From an uncultured delta proteobacterium (GTDB taxonomy: Bacteria > Desulfobacterota > Binatia > UBA9968): a DNA stretch of 64,000 bases. A program made the position numbers and the translations under genes. Under the pieces are notes generated by a model. That model was given only the letters and a program-made list of their open reading frames with translations, ran no database searches and was not told the DNA's origin. Location of the stretch: contig CAWFJP010000031.1 of the NCBI GenBank assembly GCA_963816145.1, positions 96,001-160,000 of the forward strand. The letters run 5' to 3'. Of the stretch, positions 44,529-52,820 are shown piece by piece. Numbering within the stretch: the stretch's first letter is position 1; each line of letters begins with the position of its first letter.

Positions 44529-44837
44529 ATGGCCTCTATGGAAGCGCACGAAATTGCGGAAAGCCAGAGCAACAAGACGGCACGCCTTGAAGCACGGATC
44601 ACGGAAGAGCAGAAGGAGCTTTTCACTAAAGCTGCCGCGCTGGTTGGACGCTCTCTGAGCGACTTTGTTGTGACCTGCGTCTCTGAAACCGCCGCCCGCA
44701 CCGTGCGAGAACACGAGGTCATGACACTGAGCGTCCGTGATCGTGAAATTTTCGTCAGCGCTCTTCTCAATCCTCCAAAGCCTGGAGCACGACTCCGCAC
44801 GGCGGCGCGACGCTACAAAGAACATGCCGGCAAATAG
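44529..44837 (+). CDS. DUF1778 (TacA/AtaR-like) antitoxin
   Basis: RLEARITEEQKELFTKAAALVGRSLSDFV..FVSALLNPPKP..L..AA. Confidence 0.93.
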   Translation: MASMEAHEIAESQSNKTARLEARITEEQKELFTKAAALVGRSLSDFVVTCVSETAARTVREHEVMTLSVRDREIFVSALLNPPKPGARLRTAARRYKEHAGK

Positions 44838-45368
44838 ATGCCGCCAGAGGCTCGGGCGTCATCATGGCTTGTCGAGCGGCTGGGGAAACATGACCGCGCG
44901 GCCTTCACCTGCGGCAACAAAATTCTTGACCGCTATCTGAAAGAGATAGCCAGCCAGGACGCCCGGCGCCTGGTGGCCGCGCCCTTTGTTCTTGTCGAAA
45001 CGGCAGCGCCCAGAAGGATCTGCGGTTACTATACTCTTTCCTCATTCGGCGTTGCTCCCGGTGAGTTGCCCGTCGATGTGGCGCAGAAGCTTCCGGGCTA
45101 TCCCATTTTGCCGGCAACGCTTCTCGGCCGGCTCGCCGTCGATCAGCAACACAGAGGGCAGGGCGCAGGCGAGTTTCTGCTCATGGACGCGCTGCACCGC
45201 GCCCATACTCAGACATCGCAGATCGCTTCCTTCGCCGTCATCGTCGACGCCATCGATGAACAAGCGGCGCGTTTTTATCGGCATTTTGATTTCCTTCCGT
45301 TTCCGGACCGGCCGGACCGGCTTTTTCTTCCGATGAAAACCATCGCCGTCCTATTTCCCACAACATAG
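44838..45368 (+). CDS. GNAT acetyltransferase toxin (TacT/AtaT-like)
   Basis: HDRAAFTCG..LD.YL, GYYTL, LLGRLAVD..RGQGAG, VDA..A..FY. Confidence 0.93.
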   Translation: MPPEARASSWLVERLGKHDRAAFTCGNKILDRYLKEIASQDARRLVAAPFVLVETAAPRRICGYYTLSSFGVAPGELPVDVAQKLPGYPILPATLLGRLAVDQQHRGQGAGEFLLMDALHRAHTQTSQIASFAVIVDAIDEQAARFYRHFDFLPFPDRPDRLFLPMKTIAVLFPTT

Positions 45369-45477
45369 AGCGAACAAGGTTCGAGCAAAAGAAAAATTGC
45401 ATCCCAGACGTCTCGCGCAGTTACTCTTTACTGCAATGTCGGCGCGCGGCGCGCGAGCCGTAAAGAACGAAAGCGGT

Positions 45478-45711
45478 ATGAAGTCGAAGCAAATTGACTT
45501 TTCCGATATTCCCGAATTGACCGACCGTCAGCTATCGTCCATGCGGCGGGTCGGCAGACCGACTGTGGGTGATGAGCCGAGGAAGCTCATCGCGATTCGT
45601 TTGGACGCAAAGGTTTTGGCTTGGTTGCGCAAGACTGCCGCGAAAAAAGGGCTGCCGTACCAGACGCTCGTGAACGAGATTTTGGCCAGTGAGATGCGCA
45701 AGGCGAGTTAG
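45478..45711 (+). CDS. brnA: BrnA antitoxin copy 2 (orphan, preceded by brnT tail only)
   Basis: Near-identical to 43563-43796; upstream 45442-45497 encodes ARRASRKERKRYE. Confidence 0.9.
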   Translation: MKSKQIDFSDIPELTDRQLSSMRRVGRPTVGDEPRKLIAIRLDAKVLAWLRKTAAKKGLPYQTLVNEILASEMRKAS

Positions 45712-45804
45712 GGCTGAGTGACGCGGCAAGCAATGCGCGATAAGTCCGGAAAGTCGTGAAGAAAAGTCCAACCCCGATCACTCCTGACCCCGCGCCTCGT
45801 CCGG

Positions 45805-45865
45805 CGGGCGCCGATGGCGGGGATGCACTTTGCCGCGTGGGTGGCGGTGCGGGGTGATACTTGAC
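45805..45865 (+). pseudogene. MFS 3'-tail remnant
   Basis: GCCGATGGCGGGGATGCACTTTGCCGC matches 8071-8097; similarity continues through the TA promoter. Confidence 0.75.
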
Positions 45866-45911
45866 CCGAGGCCGGCGCCGTAAATCCCTTAACGAGCACG
45901 GGTTGCTTGGT

Positions 45912-45941
45912 TTGACCATTAGATAATTACCGTGGTAATTT
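45912..45941 (+). promoter_or_regulatory. TA promoter with operator (probably leaderless)
   Basis: TTGACC -35; palindrome AATTACC-GT-GGTAATT; ATG at 45948. Confidence 0.7.
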
Positions 45942-45947
45942 AATGTC

Positions 45948-46211
45948 ATGGCTTTGGCGCAATCAAAAGTGACGGCTCAGGGGCAGATTTCCGTTCCGGC
46001 GGAAGTGCGGCGAAAACTCGGCATCGGCCCAGGCTCGGTGCTCGAATGGGACGAGGAAGGCGACGCCGTCGTCGTGCGCAAAGCCGGCCGGCATACCTCG
46101 GAAGAGATTCATCGGGCGATCTTTGGTCGGCGGGCGCCGGCGGCGAAGAAGGTGGAAGAGTTCGATGACGGCGTCCGGCGTTATCTGAAGAAAAAACATG
46201 CGCGCCGTTGA
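45948..46211 (+). CDS. AbrB/MazE-type antitoxin
   Basis: SKVTAQGQISVPAEVRRKLGIGPGSVLEW. Confidence 0.93.
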   Translation: MALAQSKVTAQGQISVPAEVRRKLGIGPGSVLEWDEEGDAVVVRKAGRHTSEEIHRAIFGRRAPAAKKVEEFDDGVRRYLKKKHARR

Positions 46212-46578
46212 CACCAACGTCCTGGTCCGTCTGGTCGCGCGCGACGACCCCAAGCAGGTTACTGCCGCGGAATCATTCGTGAGCAAAGGGGCGTGGGTGT
46301 CGACGCTGGTTCTCATGGAAGCGACTTGGGTTCTCACGGCTGTGTACGACCTGACCCACGCGGATATCGCGACGGCCATCGACATGCTTTTGCACCACCG
46401 AGATCTGACCCTTCAAGAGCCCGACAGCGTGGCCGCTGCGCTCGAGCAGTATCGCAACCGGCCGGCGTTGGGGTTCGCCGATTGTATGATCCTCGAAGCA
46501 GCGCGGAAAGCCGGCCACCTGCCATTGGGAACCTTCGACCGCAATCTCGCCAAACTCGACGGCGCCGAAGGATTGTAG
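46198..46578 (+). CDS. vapC: VapC PIN-domain toxin
   Basis: VDTNVLVR, E, FADCMI, TFD acidic tetrad. Confidence 0.94.
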   Translation: MRAVDTNVLVRLVARDDPKQVTAAESFVSKGAWVSTLVLMEATWVLTAVYDLTHADIATAIDMLLHHRDLTLQEPDSVAAALEQYRNRPALGFADCMILEAARKAGHLPLGTFDRNLAKLDGAEGL

Positions 46579-46636
46579 ATCCAACGCATTTTGCCTTTTC
46601 CAAATTTCCGCCTGTTCGCGAAAAATTCTCTGGCGG

Positions 46637-46720
46637 TTGGTTCCGATGGCGTCGGCTCATTATGCGACGGTGGCTGCAGCGCTGCTCTCCGGCTGGGTGG
46701 GGGCGCGGGCCAAGGCTTAA
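46637..46720 (+). pseudogene. MFS 3'-tail remnant
   Basis: LVPMASAHYATVAAALLSGWVGARAKA* vs WVPMAAVHFAAVTAALLAGWMAARAET* of 6968-8149. Confidence 0.8.
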
Positions 46721-46786
46721 TGCTTTTCAGTGGAGTCAACGCGACCGGGAAGCCGATTTGGTGCAGGTCTGGAATTACGATCTCTG

Positions 46787-46815
46787 TTGACGACATGTCA
46801 GGTCTGACATACACT
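46787..46815 (+). promoter_or_regulatory. TA promoter with operator
   Basis: TTGACG-17-TACACT with palindrome ATGTCAG-GT-CTGACAT. Confidence 0.75.
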
Positions 46816-46823
46816 TGGCGTCG

Positions 46824-47156
46824 GTGGCCTCGGCAGATAAACCGCTTGTCTGGTTGAAAGGAGAAATAAAAACTCCGCCGTTCTCGTCGACCGCCAGATT
46901 GGAAGCAGGGTATTTGCTTCGCAGGCTGCAGCAGGGCGATACGCCGGCGATGCCTCATTCTCGACCGCTGCCGTCGGTCGGCTCGCGTTGCCATGAGTTG
47001 CGAATCAACGACGAGCGAGCGACGTGGCGGATTATTTATCGGATCGATTCGGACGCGATCATCATCATCGCGGTCTTCAGTAAAAAGACCAGGGCGACCC
47101 CCAAGGCGGTCATTGACGAATGCAAAAAGCGATTAAGGAATTACGACCATGCGTAA
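46824..47156 (+). CDS. RelE/HigB-like (Gp49/DUF891) toxin
   Basis: KTPPFS..AR.EAGYLLRRLQQG..MPHSRP..CHELRI..WRIIYR..FSKKT..TP. Confidence 0.92.
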   Translation: MASADKPLVWLKGEIKTPPFSSTARLEAGYLLRRLQQGDTPAMPHSRPLPSVGSRCHELRINDERATWRIIYRIDSDAIIIIAVFSKKTRATPKAVIDECKKRLRNYDHA

Positions 47157-47472
47157 GCAAAAGAAAAAACGTCTGGAGGCGAAGGGTTGGAAAATCGGCA
47201 CCGTCAAAGAGTTTTTGGGTCTATCCGACGAGGAGTCCGCATACATCGAGTTAAAGGTGAAGCTTGCAGCCGGTCTGAAGCAGCGGCGGCAGCAACAAGG
47301 TTTGTCGCAGCTGGAGCTCGCGGCAAAACTTCAATCGAGCCAATCGCGTGTCGCCAAGATGGAAGCAGGCGACCCCTCGGTTTCCTTGGATCTGTTGGTC
47401 CGTTCCCTCATTACGCTCGGGACTTCGGACCGCGAGCTGTCTCAGATCATCGCCACTCGCCGAGCCGCGTAA
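47149..47472 (+). CDS. XRE/HigA-like HTH antitoxin
   Basis: LSQLELAAKLQSSQSRVAKMEAGDPSVSLD. Confidence 0.92.
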   Translation: MRKQKKKRLEAKGWKIGTVKEFLGLSDEESAYIELKVKLAAGLKQRRQQQGLSQLELAAKLQSSQSRVAKMEAGDPSVSLDLLVRSLITLGTSDRELSQIIATRRAA

Positions 47473-47736
47473 CCGGACGTGCCGTAGAGCAATTGACAAT
47501 CGGCTCGGTGGGTAATCCGGGATAATTCGTCCAACCTGAAAGACAGGACCGCGCTCTCGCGTTGACCACGTGGTGAGACCGACGCAAATCCGAAATATCA
47601 AACTGCAAGATGCGACCCCGGTGCCCCGGTCTGGGGCTTTTCTCCGATCGCGAAGGTATATACTCGCCGCTTCGCCGATGTCTTCTTCTCACATTTGTAA
47701 TTCAGAGGGATGCTGGCCCAACGCTATCAGCGTTCC

Positions 47737-47765
47737 TTGATTGTGACTACAATTAGAACTACAAT
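47737..47765 (+). promoter_or_regulatory. TA promoter (leaderless)
   Basis: TTGATT-17-TACAAT with direct repeat ACTACAATT x2; GTG start 7 nt downstream. Confidence 0.75.
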
Positions 47766-47771
47766 TCTCGC

Positions 47772-48065
47772 GTGAATGAAATCGTCTTCTCTCCGGCCGC
47801 GGTGCGCCAGTTCAAACGGCTGCCTGCCGCGGCCCGAAGGCTGATTAAGGAGAGCATACGCGAACGTTTGTCGGAACAAGATCCTACGGAAGAAACCCGC
47901 AATCGCTTTCGGTTGCGGCGAATCTCTGAGCACGCGGATTACGAGCTTCGCGTTGATCCGTGGCGCGTATTTTACCGTGTCCAAAATAAATCAGTGACAG
48001 TTGAGCTGATTGGACAGAAGAAGGGGAACGTCCTCTTGATCGAAGGGAAGGAGTTTGCGCTGTGA
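47772..48065 (+). CDS. RelE/ParE family toxin
   Basis: IVFSPAAVRQFKRL..YELRVDPWRVFYRV..V.LIG.K. Confidence 0.9.
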   Translation: MNEIVFSPAAVRQFKRLPAAARRLIKESIRERLSEQDPTEETRNRFRLRRISEHADYELRVDPWRVFYRVQNKSVTVELIGQKKGNVLLIEGKEFAL

Positions 48066-48310
48066 AAATCGAAAGTCTCCGTGAAGTTAAAGCAAATTTG
48101 AGCAAGATCGTTAACGAGTTGCCTTCGGAACGGTCGGTCGTGATCACCAAAAATGGCCGTCCTTGCGCGGTGCTTTTCCCTGTCACCGAGGACACAGACA
48201 TTGAAAGCATGGTGCTCGCGCAAAATAAGGAGTTCTGGCAACTCATGGACCGCGCTCACAAAGAAGGAGAAAAAAAGGGGTTTACCAGACTCGAAGACTT
48301 GCCTGATTAG
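48062..48310 (+). CDS. Phd/YefM family antitoxin
   Basis: SLREVKANLSKIV..VVITKNGRPCAVL. Confidence 0.92.
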   Translation: MKIESLREVKANLSKIVNELPSERSVVITKNGRPCAVLFPVTEDTDIESMVLAQNKEFWQLMDRAHKEGEKKGFTRLEDLPD

Positions 48311-48477
48311 GCGATGCGACCGGTTCCGCCGGGAGAAATTCTTATCGAGGAGTTTTTGCAACCCCCGGGTCTCACGGCAAGCGCGCGAGCCAAGGCGACC
48401 TGCGCAACGCCGAAAAGGCGCTGCCGGCGAGGGTGAGAAAGAGGATCGAACAAAACAGGAGCGTGCCGGCGAGTTAG
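48311..48477 (+). pseudogene. higA: HigA remnant 3 (internal deletion)
   Basis: ATGCGACCGGTTCCGCCGGGAGAAATTCTT..AAGGCGA|CCTGCGCAACGCC. Confidence 0.82.
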
Positions 48478-48560
48478 AACCGAGTGACGCGAACAAGAAA
48501 TATAAAGTAATGATCTGACGCTATCGGCATCTTGACTGCTACGACTCTAGACCTGACCCG
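48472..48560 (+). repeat. TA-array repeat R3
   Basis: AGTTAGAACCGAGTGACGCG..GATCTGACGCTATCGGCATCTTGACTGCTACGACTCTAGACCTGACCCG. Confidence 0.93.
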
Positions 48561-48615
48561 ATTTCCTGTGCTGTTAACAAAAAATTTGACCCCTTTGGCT
48601 GGTTCCCGCCGTTTC

Positions 48616-49329
48616 TCACATCTGGAGCGAGAGAAACTCATCGATGGCGCGGTTCACTTCTGCAGGCCGCTCGGCGAAGGGGAAATGACCGCAACCGTTT
48701 AGCTTCACGTACTGTGAACCGGCAACAGCCTGGTGGATCTCGAGCTCGTATTCCGGCGTCTTGGCCGGATCGTCGACGCCGCGGATCAAAAGCAGCGGCG
48801 GCTCGAGAGTATGAATGCGGTCCCGGACATCGAACTGATCGATCGCGACAAAATCACGATACTGCGACAATGGACCCACCCGACGGTGACATTCGACGAG
48901 ACGTTCGCCCAGCTCCGGCTCCATAAACGAAAATTGATGCCGCATGAGCTCCAGCCATTGCCGGTACGACTCGGGATCCGCCGTGGCTTTCGAGCGCAGC
49001 TCCAGCGCCCCCGGCGCGCGCTCGCGCGGGCGCATGCCCGTCGTCATCAGCACCAGCGCCTTGACCTCGTCGGGATAGTCGAGAGCGTATTGGAGCGCGA
49101 TGCAACCGCCCAAGGTATAGCCCACCAGCACCAGCTCTTTCCGTTTGCCTTGCGACCATAACCAGCCTCTCAGCCATTCCGCATATCGCTCCACACTCGT
49201 ACAAGCGGCTCCTTCGGGATGTCCCGGCAAGGTTGGCGCGAGGCTGCCCGGATAATGCTCGAGCTGATACACGAACGATTCGGCGCACCCGCCGGCGCCG
49301 GGCCCGTGAATGAAAACCATCTGCGTCAT
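48616..49329 (-). CDS. alpha/beta hydrolase
   Basis: FIHGPG, GYTLGG nucleophile elbow (Thr), GHFP. Confidence 0.9.
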   Translation of the reverse strand: MTQMVFIHGPGAGGCAESFVYQLEHYPGSLAPTLPGHPEGAACTSVERYAEWLRGWLWSQGKRKELVLVGYTLGGCIALQYALDYPDEVKALVLMTTGMRPRERAPGALELRSKATADPESYRQWLELMRHQFSFMEPELGERLVECHRRVGPLSQYRDFVAIDQFDVRDRIHTLEPPLLLIRGVDDPAKTPEYELEIHQAVAGSQYVKLNGCGHFPFAERPAEVNRAIDEFLSLQM

Positions 49330-49357
49330 AGGTTGTTCGGCCTCCTTGGGTCCTAGG

Positions 49358-50710
49358 CTAGGCGCACAATTGACTCAGCTCCCGCACATCCGCCAGCCGA
49401 TCGAGTCTCTGTACCAGATCGCGCACGCGCCGCGCCCGGTCGGCGCCGATGACGGGTTCCGCGTTGGCCAAAAATTTAGCTTCGATCTCCGCATCGCTCA
49501 TGGGATTGTCCGCGGTGCCGCCGGCATGCTCGACGAAAGTTCGGTGGCGCACGCCGGCGACGGTGGCGACCGCCTCTGCCTGATCGCTGCGCAGTGAAGG
49601 ATCGGTCGTCACTTTGATCTTCTGGCGCAGCGCGACTACGGCCGGGTCGCCGGCGCGCTCGTCCATGTACTGCGGGATGCGCGCGGCGCCGTCGATCCAG
49701 GCCACGGCGGCGCTGTGATAGATGCTGAATTTCGATTGCAGACCGGTGTCGGGAGTCTCGACTCCGGTAACCGAAATCACCAATGGATTGACGCGCAGCG
49801 CTATCGCTTCGATGCGCGTGGGATCGACGCCGCCCTGGGAGCGTATGGCGATCACCGCATCGATCGCCGGATGTTGAACCACGCCGCAGGCGTAGGGTTT
49901 GTGCCCGTTGCGCTCGATTTCCCAGCCCGTGCCCAAATTCTGAACGAGCTCGTCGGGCGACGCCGCGTCACTGTAAATGCGGCAATAGCCGCGCTTGCCC
50001 TCGATGATTTCCAGCGAGCCGTCGAAACCGCCCTCGGCAAGCAGGGCAGCCAGCACCCCGCTCGATGCCGCCTTGCCGGCGTGAAAGGATTTGCACATGG
50101 TGCCGCGATTTTGCTGCATGCCCGCGGATTGGGTCGCGGCGATCGCCATCGCGTAGGTCAGCCGTTGGGCGTCGAGCCCGAGTAGTTTTCCTGCCGCCAC
50201 AGCCGCGGCGATGCTGCCGAGCGTGCCGGTCAAATGCCAGCCGCCCTTGTGATGCCCCGGCGCCGTTCGGCCGCTGCGTACTCCGGCTTCGAATCCTACC
50301 GCGTAGGCCATGAGAAATTCCGCGCCGCTCGCCGACCCTCGCTCCGCCAGTGAAAACAGCGCCGGAAGGGTCGGCGAGCTCGCGTGCAGCAGAGTGCCGC
50401 CCATGTGGGTGTCGTCGTAGTCGAGCAGGTGCCCGGCCTGCCCGTTGGCGATCGGCGCATCGAGGAATCCAAGTTTTAGACTGCGTCCGAACACCGTCGC
50501 CTGGGGTTTGCCGCCGCACTCTTGCAGCACCAGGAGCAAACGATCGAGCGTCGGATGCCTGCTCCCGGCCAGCGCGCAGCCCAGCCAGTCGAGCACGCCG
50601 CGCCTTCCTTCATCGACGGCTTTCTTGGGCAGGTCGGAAAATTGCGCCGCTGCCATGCGCGCGCAGAATTTTTGCGTCACGCCGATAATTTCTTGCGCTG
50701 CTTGGTTCAC
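49358..50710 (-). CDS. MmgE/PrpD family protein
   Basis: LDWLGCALAG, HLLDYDDTH, GWHLTG, MCKSFHAG, KPYACG, KFS. Confidence 0.94.
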   Translation of the reverse strand: MNQAAQEIIGVTQKFCARMAAAQFSDLPKKAVDEGRRGVLDWLGCALAGSRHPTLDRLLLVLQECGGKPQATVFGRSLKLGFLDAPIANGQAGHLLDYDDTHMGGTLLHASSPTLPALFSLAERGSASGAEFLMAYAVGFEAGVRSGRTAPGHHKGGWHLTGTLGSIAAAVAAGKLLGLDAQRLTYAMAIAATQSAGMQQNRGTMCKSFHAGKAASSGVLAALLAEGGFDGSLEIIEGKRGYCRIYSDAASPDELVQNLGTGWEIERNGHKPYACGVVQHPAIDAVIAIRSQGGVDPTRIEAIALRVNPLVISVTGVETPDTGLQSKFSIYHSAAVAWIDGAARIPQYMDERAGDPAVVALRQKIKVTTDPSLRSDQAEAVATVAGVRHRTFVEHAGGTADNPMSDAEIEAKFLANAEPVIGADRARRVRDLVQRLDRLADVRELSQLCA

Positions 50711-50757
50711 GCGCCACCTCGTTCATCCAACTGACACGGTGTTGAAAAGCCTTGATT

Positions 50758-50903
50758 CAGGCTGTTCAAAAAGGTCCAGATGCGAGGCGCGCGAGAAATC
50801 GATCCTTCGACTTCGCTCAGGACAGGCTCGAGGCGTATTTACTGATACGTTGGAGCGAGGCGATCGAGCGCAACGAAGCAGGTGGGCCTTTTTCAACGGC
50901 CTG
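50758..50903. mobile_element. MITE with terminal inverted repeats and a nested REP-like insert
   Basis: CAGGCTGTTCAAAAAGGTCC ... GGGCCTTTTTCAACGGCCTG; internal TCCTTCGACTTCGCTCAGGACAGGC flanked by TCGA on both sides. Confidence 0.75.
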
Positions 50904-50959
50904 CTAACCCTGACTTACTCCAGCCGGCAACTTGATTGCAATGGGATGAGAAAGCGCGC

Positions 50960-51187
50960 GAGGGTCGGGGACTTGAATTCTGTTGAGCAGATGAAGAGCA
51001 AACTCGGATTAAAAGCGGCACATCGCGATTGTTCTAAGTTGAGCGCTGATTCGCTCGTAATCCAAAATTGATTGGGTGAAGCTTACGGGTTCAATTTTAC
51101 CGGCGAAAATGAGATGCTAAGCTCCGAAAACGCTAGGTTTTGGGACGAAAATCCTGAAGCTGCAGCGACTTAGCTTGGTCCGACCCC
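50960..51187 (+). mobile_element. Y1/HUH transposase C-terminal remnant + end motif
   Basis: VGDLNSVEQMKSKLGLKAAHR..EAYGFNFTGENEMLSSENARFWDE then GACTTAGCTTGGTCCGACCCC; family assignment from recall. Confidence 0.6.
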
Positions 51188-51197
51188 GCACGTCCTC

Positions 51198-51246
51198 GAT
51201 CTGACGCTTTCGGCATCTCGACTGCTACGACTCTAGACCCGGCGCC
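51198..51246 (+). repeat. TA-array repeat R4 (5'-truncated)
   Basis: GATCTGACGCTTTCGGCATCTCGACTGCTACGACTCTAGACCCGGCGCC. Confidence 0.9.
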
Positions 51247-51328
51247 TTGCCCAGCGACCCTCAAGGCCCTGCTGTGATGTCACCCTTGACCGATGTTCGC
51301 AATAATGAGAACATCGAATATAGGACCT

Positions 51329-51694
51329 ATGGCGAAAATTGCGGTTGTCTTTTATCAGGATGACTCGAATGCGGTCCCGGTGCTCGATTGGTTGAATTCG
51401 TTGCCTGCGAAAGCCCTGGATAAATGTCGCGTTCGAATCGAACGGTTGCGCGATTTGGGACATGAACTGCGACGTCCGGAAGCCGACTATTTGCGGGATG
51501 GAATTTATGAGCTGCGGGTGCGGCTCGGAACCACGAACTATCGAATGCTTTATTTCTTTCACGGTCGAATTGCCGCCGTTCTGGCGCATGGGCTGGTCAA
51601 GGAAAGCGAAGTGCCGCCGCGCGATATCGAGTCGGCGATCCAACGAAAAGTGAGCTTTCAAAGGGACCCGGACCGACACACGTTCAAGGAGTGA
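51329..51694 (+). CDS. RelE/HigB-like (Gp49/DUF891) toxin
   Basis: FYQ..PVLDWL..L..LG.ELRRP..YLRDGIYELR..YRMLYFF..LAHG.VK; upstream palindrome GATGTTC..GAACATC. Confidence 0.92.
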   Translation: MAKIAVVFYQDDSNAVPVLDWLNSLPAKALDKCRVRIERLRDLGHELRRPEADYLRDGIYELRVRLGTTNYRMLYFFHGRIAAVLAHGLVKESEVPPRDIESAIQRKVSFQRDPDRHTFKE

Positions 51695-51699
51695 AAAAT

Positions 51700-52032
51700 A
51701 TGGCGCGGGCAAAGAAGAAAGCGACAGCGGATGCGGTTGAAATTCTCCACCGTCGCTATTATGCGGGCAAGCCGCAACGACTCGCGGCTCTGGAACAAGC
51801 GCGGGCGAACGATCACGTGGCTCGCAAGCTCACGGCGCTGAGAATTGCAAATGGGCTAAGCCAACGGCAACTGGCGCGACTGATCGGCACCACGGCATCG
51901 GTTATTTGCCGTCTCGAAGACGCCAATTACGAGGGCCATTCCCTGGCCATGCTCAATCGAATCGCCGCGGCCTTGAACCAGCGGGTCGAGATTCGCTTTG
52001 TGCCGGCAGAACGGCGACTACGTTCAGCGTGA
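51700..52032 (+). CDS. XRE-family HTH antitoxin
   Basis: GLSQRQLARLIGTTASVICRLEDANYEGHSL.MLNRIAAAL. Confidence 0.92.
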   Translation: MARAKKKATADAVEILHRRYYAGKPQRLAALEQARANDHVARKLTALRIANGLSQRQLARLIGTTASVICRLEDANYEGHSLAMLNRIAAALNQRVEIRFVPAERRLRSA

Positions 52033-52045
52033 TTTTAGGCCCGCC

Positions 52046-52212
52046 GGATTGTGACTGGTGCCTCCAGATGAAATTCTCAACGAAGAGTTTTTGAAACTGC
52101 CGGGTCTGACGGCAAGCGCGCTCGCCAAGCCGACCTGGGCAACGCCGAAAAGGCGCTGCCAGCGAGGGTGAGAAAGAGGATCGAACACAACAGGAGCAAG
52201 CCGGAGAGTTAG
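52046..52212 (+). pseudogene. higA: HigA remnant 4 (same internal deletion as remnant 3)
   Basis: GGTGCCTCCAGATGAAATTCTCAACGA..AAGCCGA|CCTGGGCAACGCCGAAAAGGCG. Confidence 0.82.
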
Positions 52213-52294
52213 AACCGAGTGACGCGAACAAGAATATTAAGTAATGATCTGACGCTGTTGGTATATTGACCGCTACAGCTCTTGACCTGACCCT
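52207..52294 (+). repeat. TA-array repeat R5
   Basis: AGTTAGAACCGAGTGACGCGAACAAG..GATCTGACGCTGTTGGTATATTGACCGCTACAGCTCTTGACCTGACCCT. Confidence 0.9.
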
Positions 52295-52616
52295 CGGGCC
52301 TCCATCGCCTACCCGGCCGGCTCACGATTCATCCGCGTCACCGGCACCAATCTGGAGACCATCGCGCGCGGCCGCTACAACAAAGAGGCGGGCACGATGG
52401 TGGTAGAGCAACGCCCCAATTTCCGCGGCTCCGCCTGACCCCGCTTAGCGTAGTTCGACTGGCGCGCCTATCGCGGCGCACGCCACCAGCAATGTCAAAA
52501 TAAAAGACTTTAGCTCAATGTCGGCGCGCGCGTCGGTTGAGCCATTGGAAAAGGGAGAGTATACTTCCGCCCAGAGTTTTTTTATGGCTCCCGGCAAAAA
52601 AGCGAAAGGATCGAGC

Positions 52617-52820
52617 ATGGAAGCGCTGACGATTAACGCTGTCTACGAGAATGGCAAACTGACCCCGCTGACACCGCTTCCGTGCCACGATAAGGAGCAA
52701 GTCCTGCTGAAAGTGGTGCGCCACAGCAACGTCGAGAAATCGCAGGGTCTGCTCAAAGGTCTGGACCCGGAAACCGTCCAGGATGTTGCTGAAAGCCATG
52801 AGTTCTCAATCCTCGCCTAA
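52617..52820 (+). CDS. DUF104/AF2212-like antitoxin
   Basis: TINAVYENGKLTPLTPL motif. Confidence 0.88.
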   Translation: MEALTINAVYENGKLTPLTPLPCHDKEQVLLKVVRHSNVEKSQGLLKGLDPETVQDVAESHEFSILA

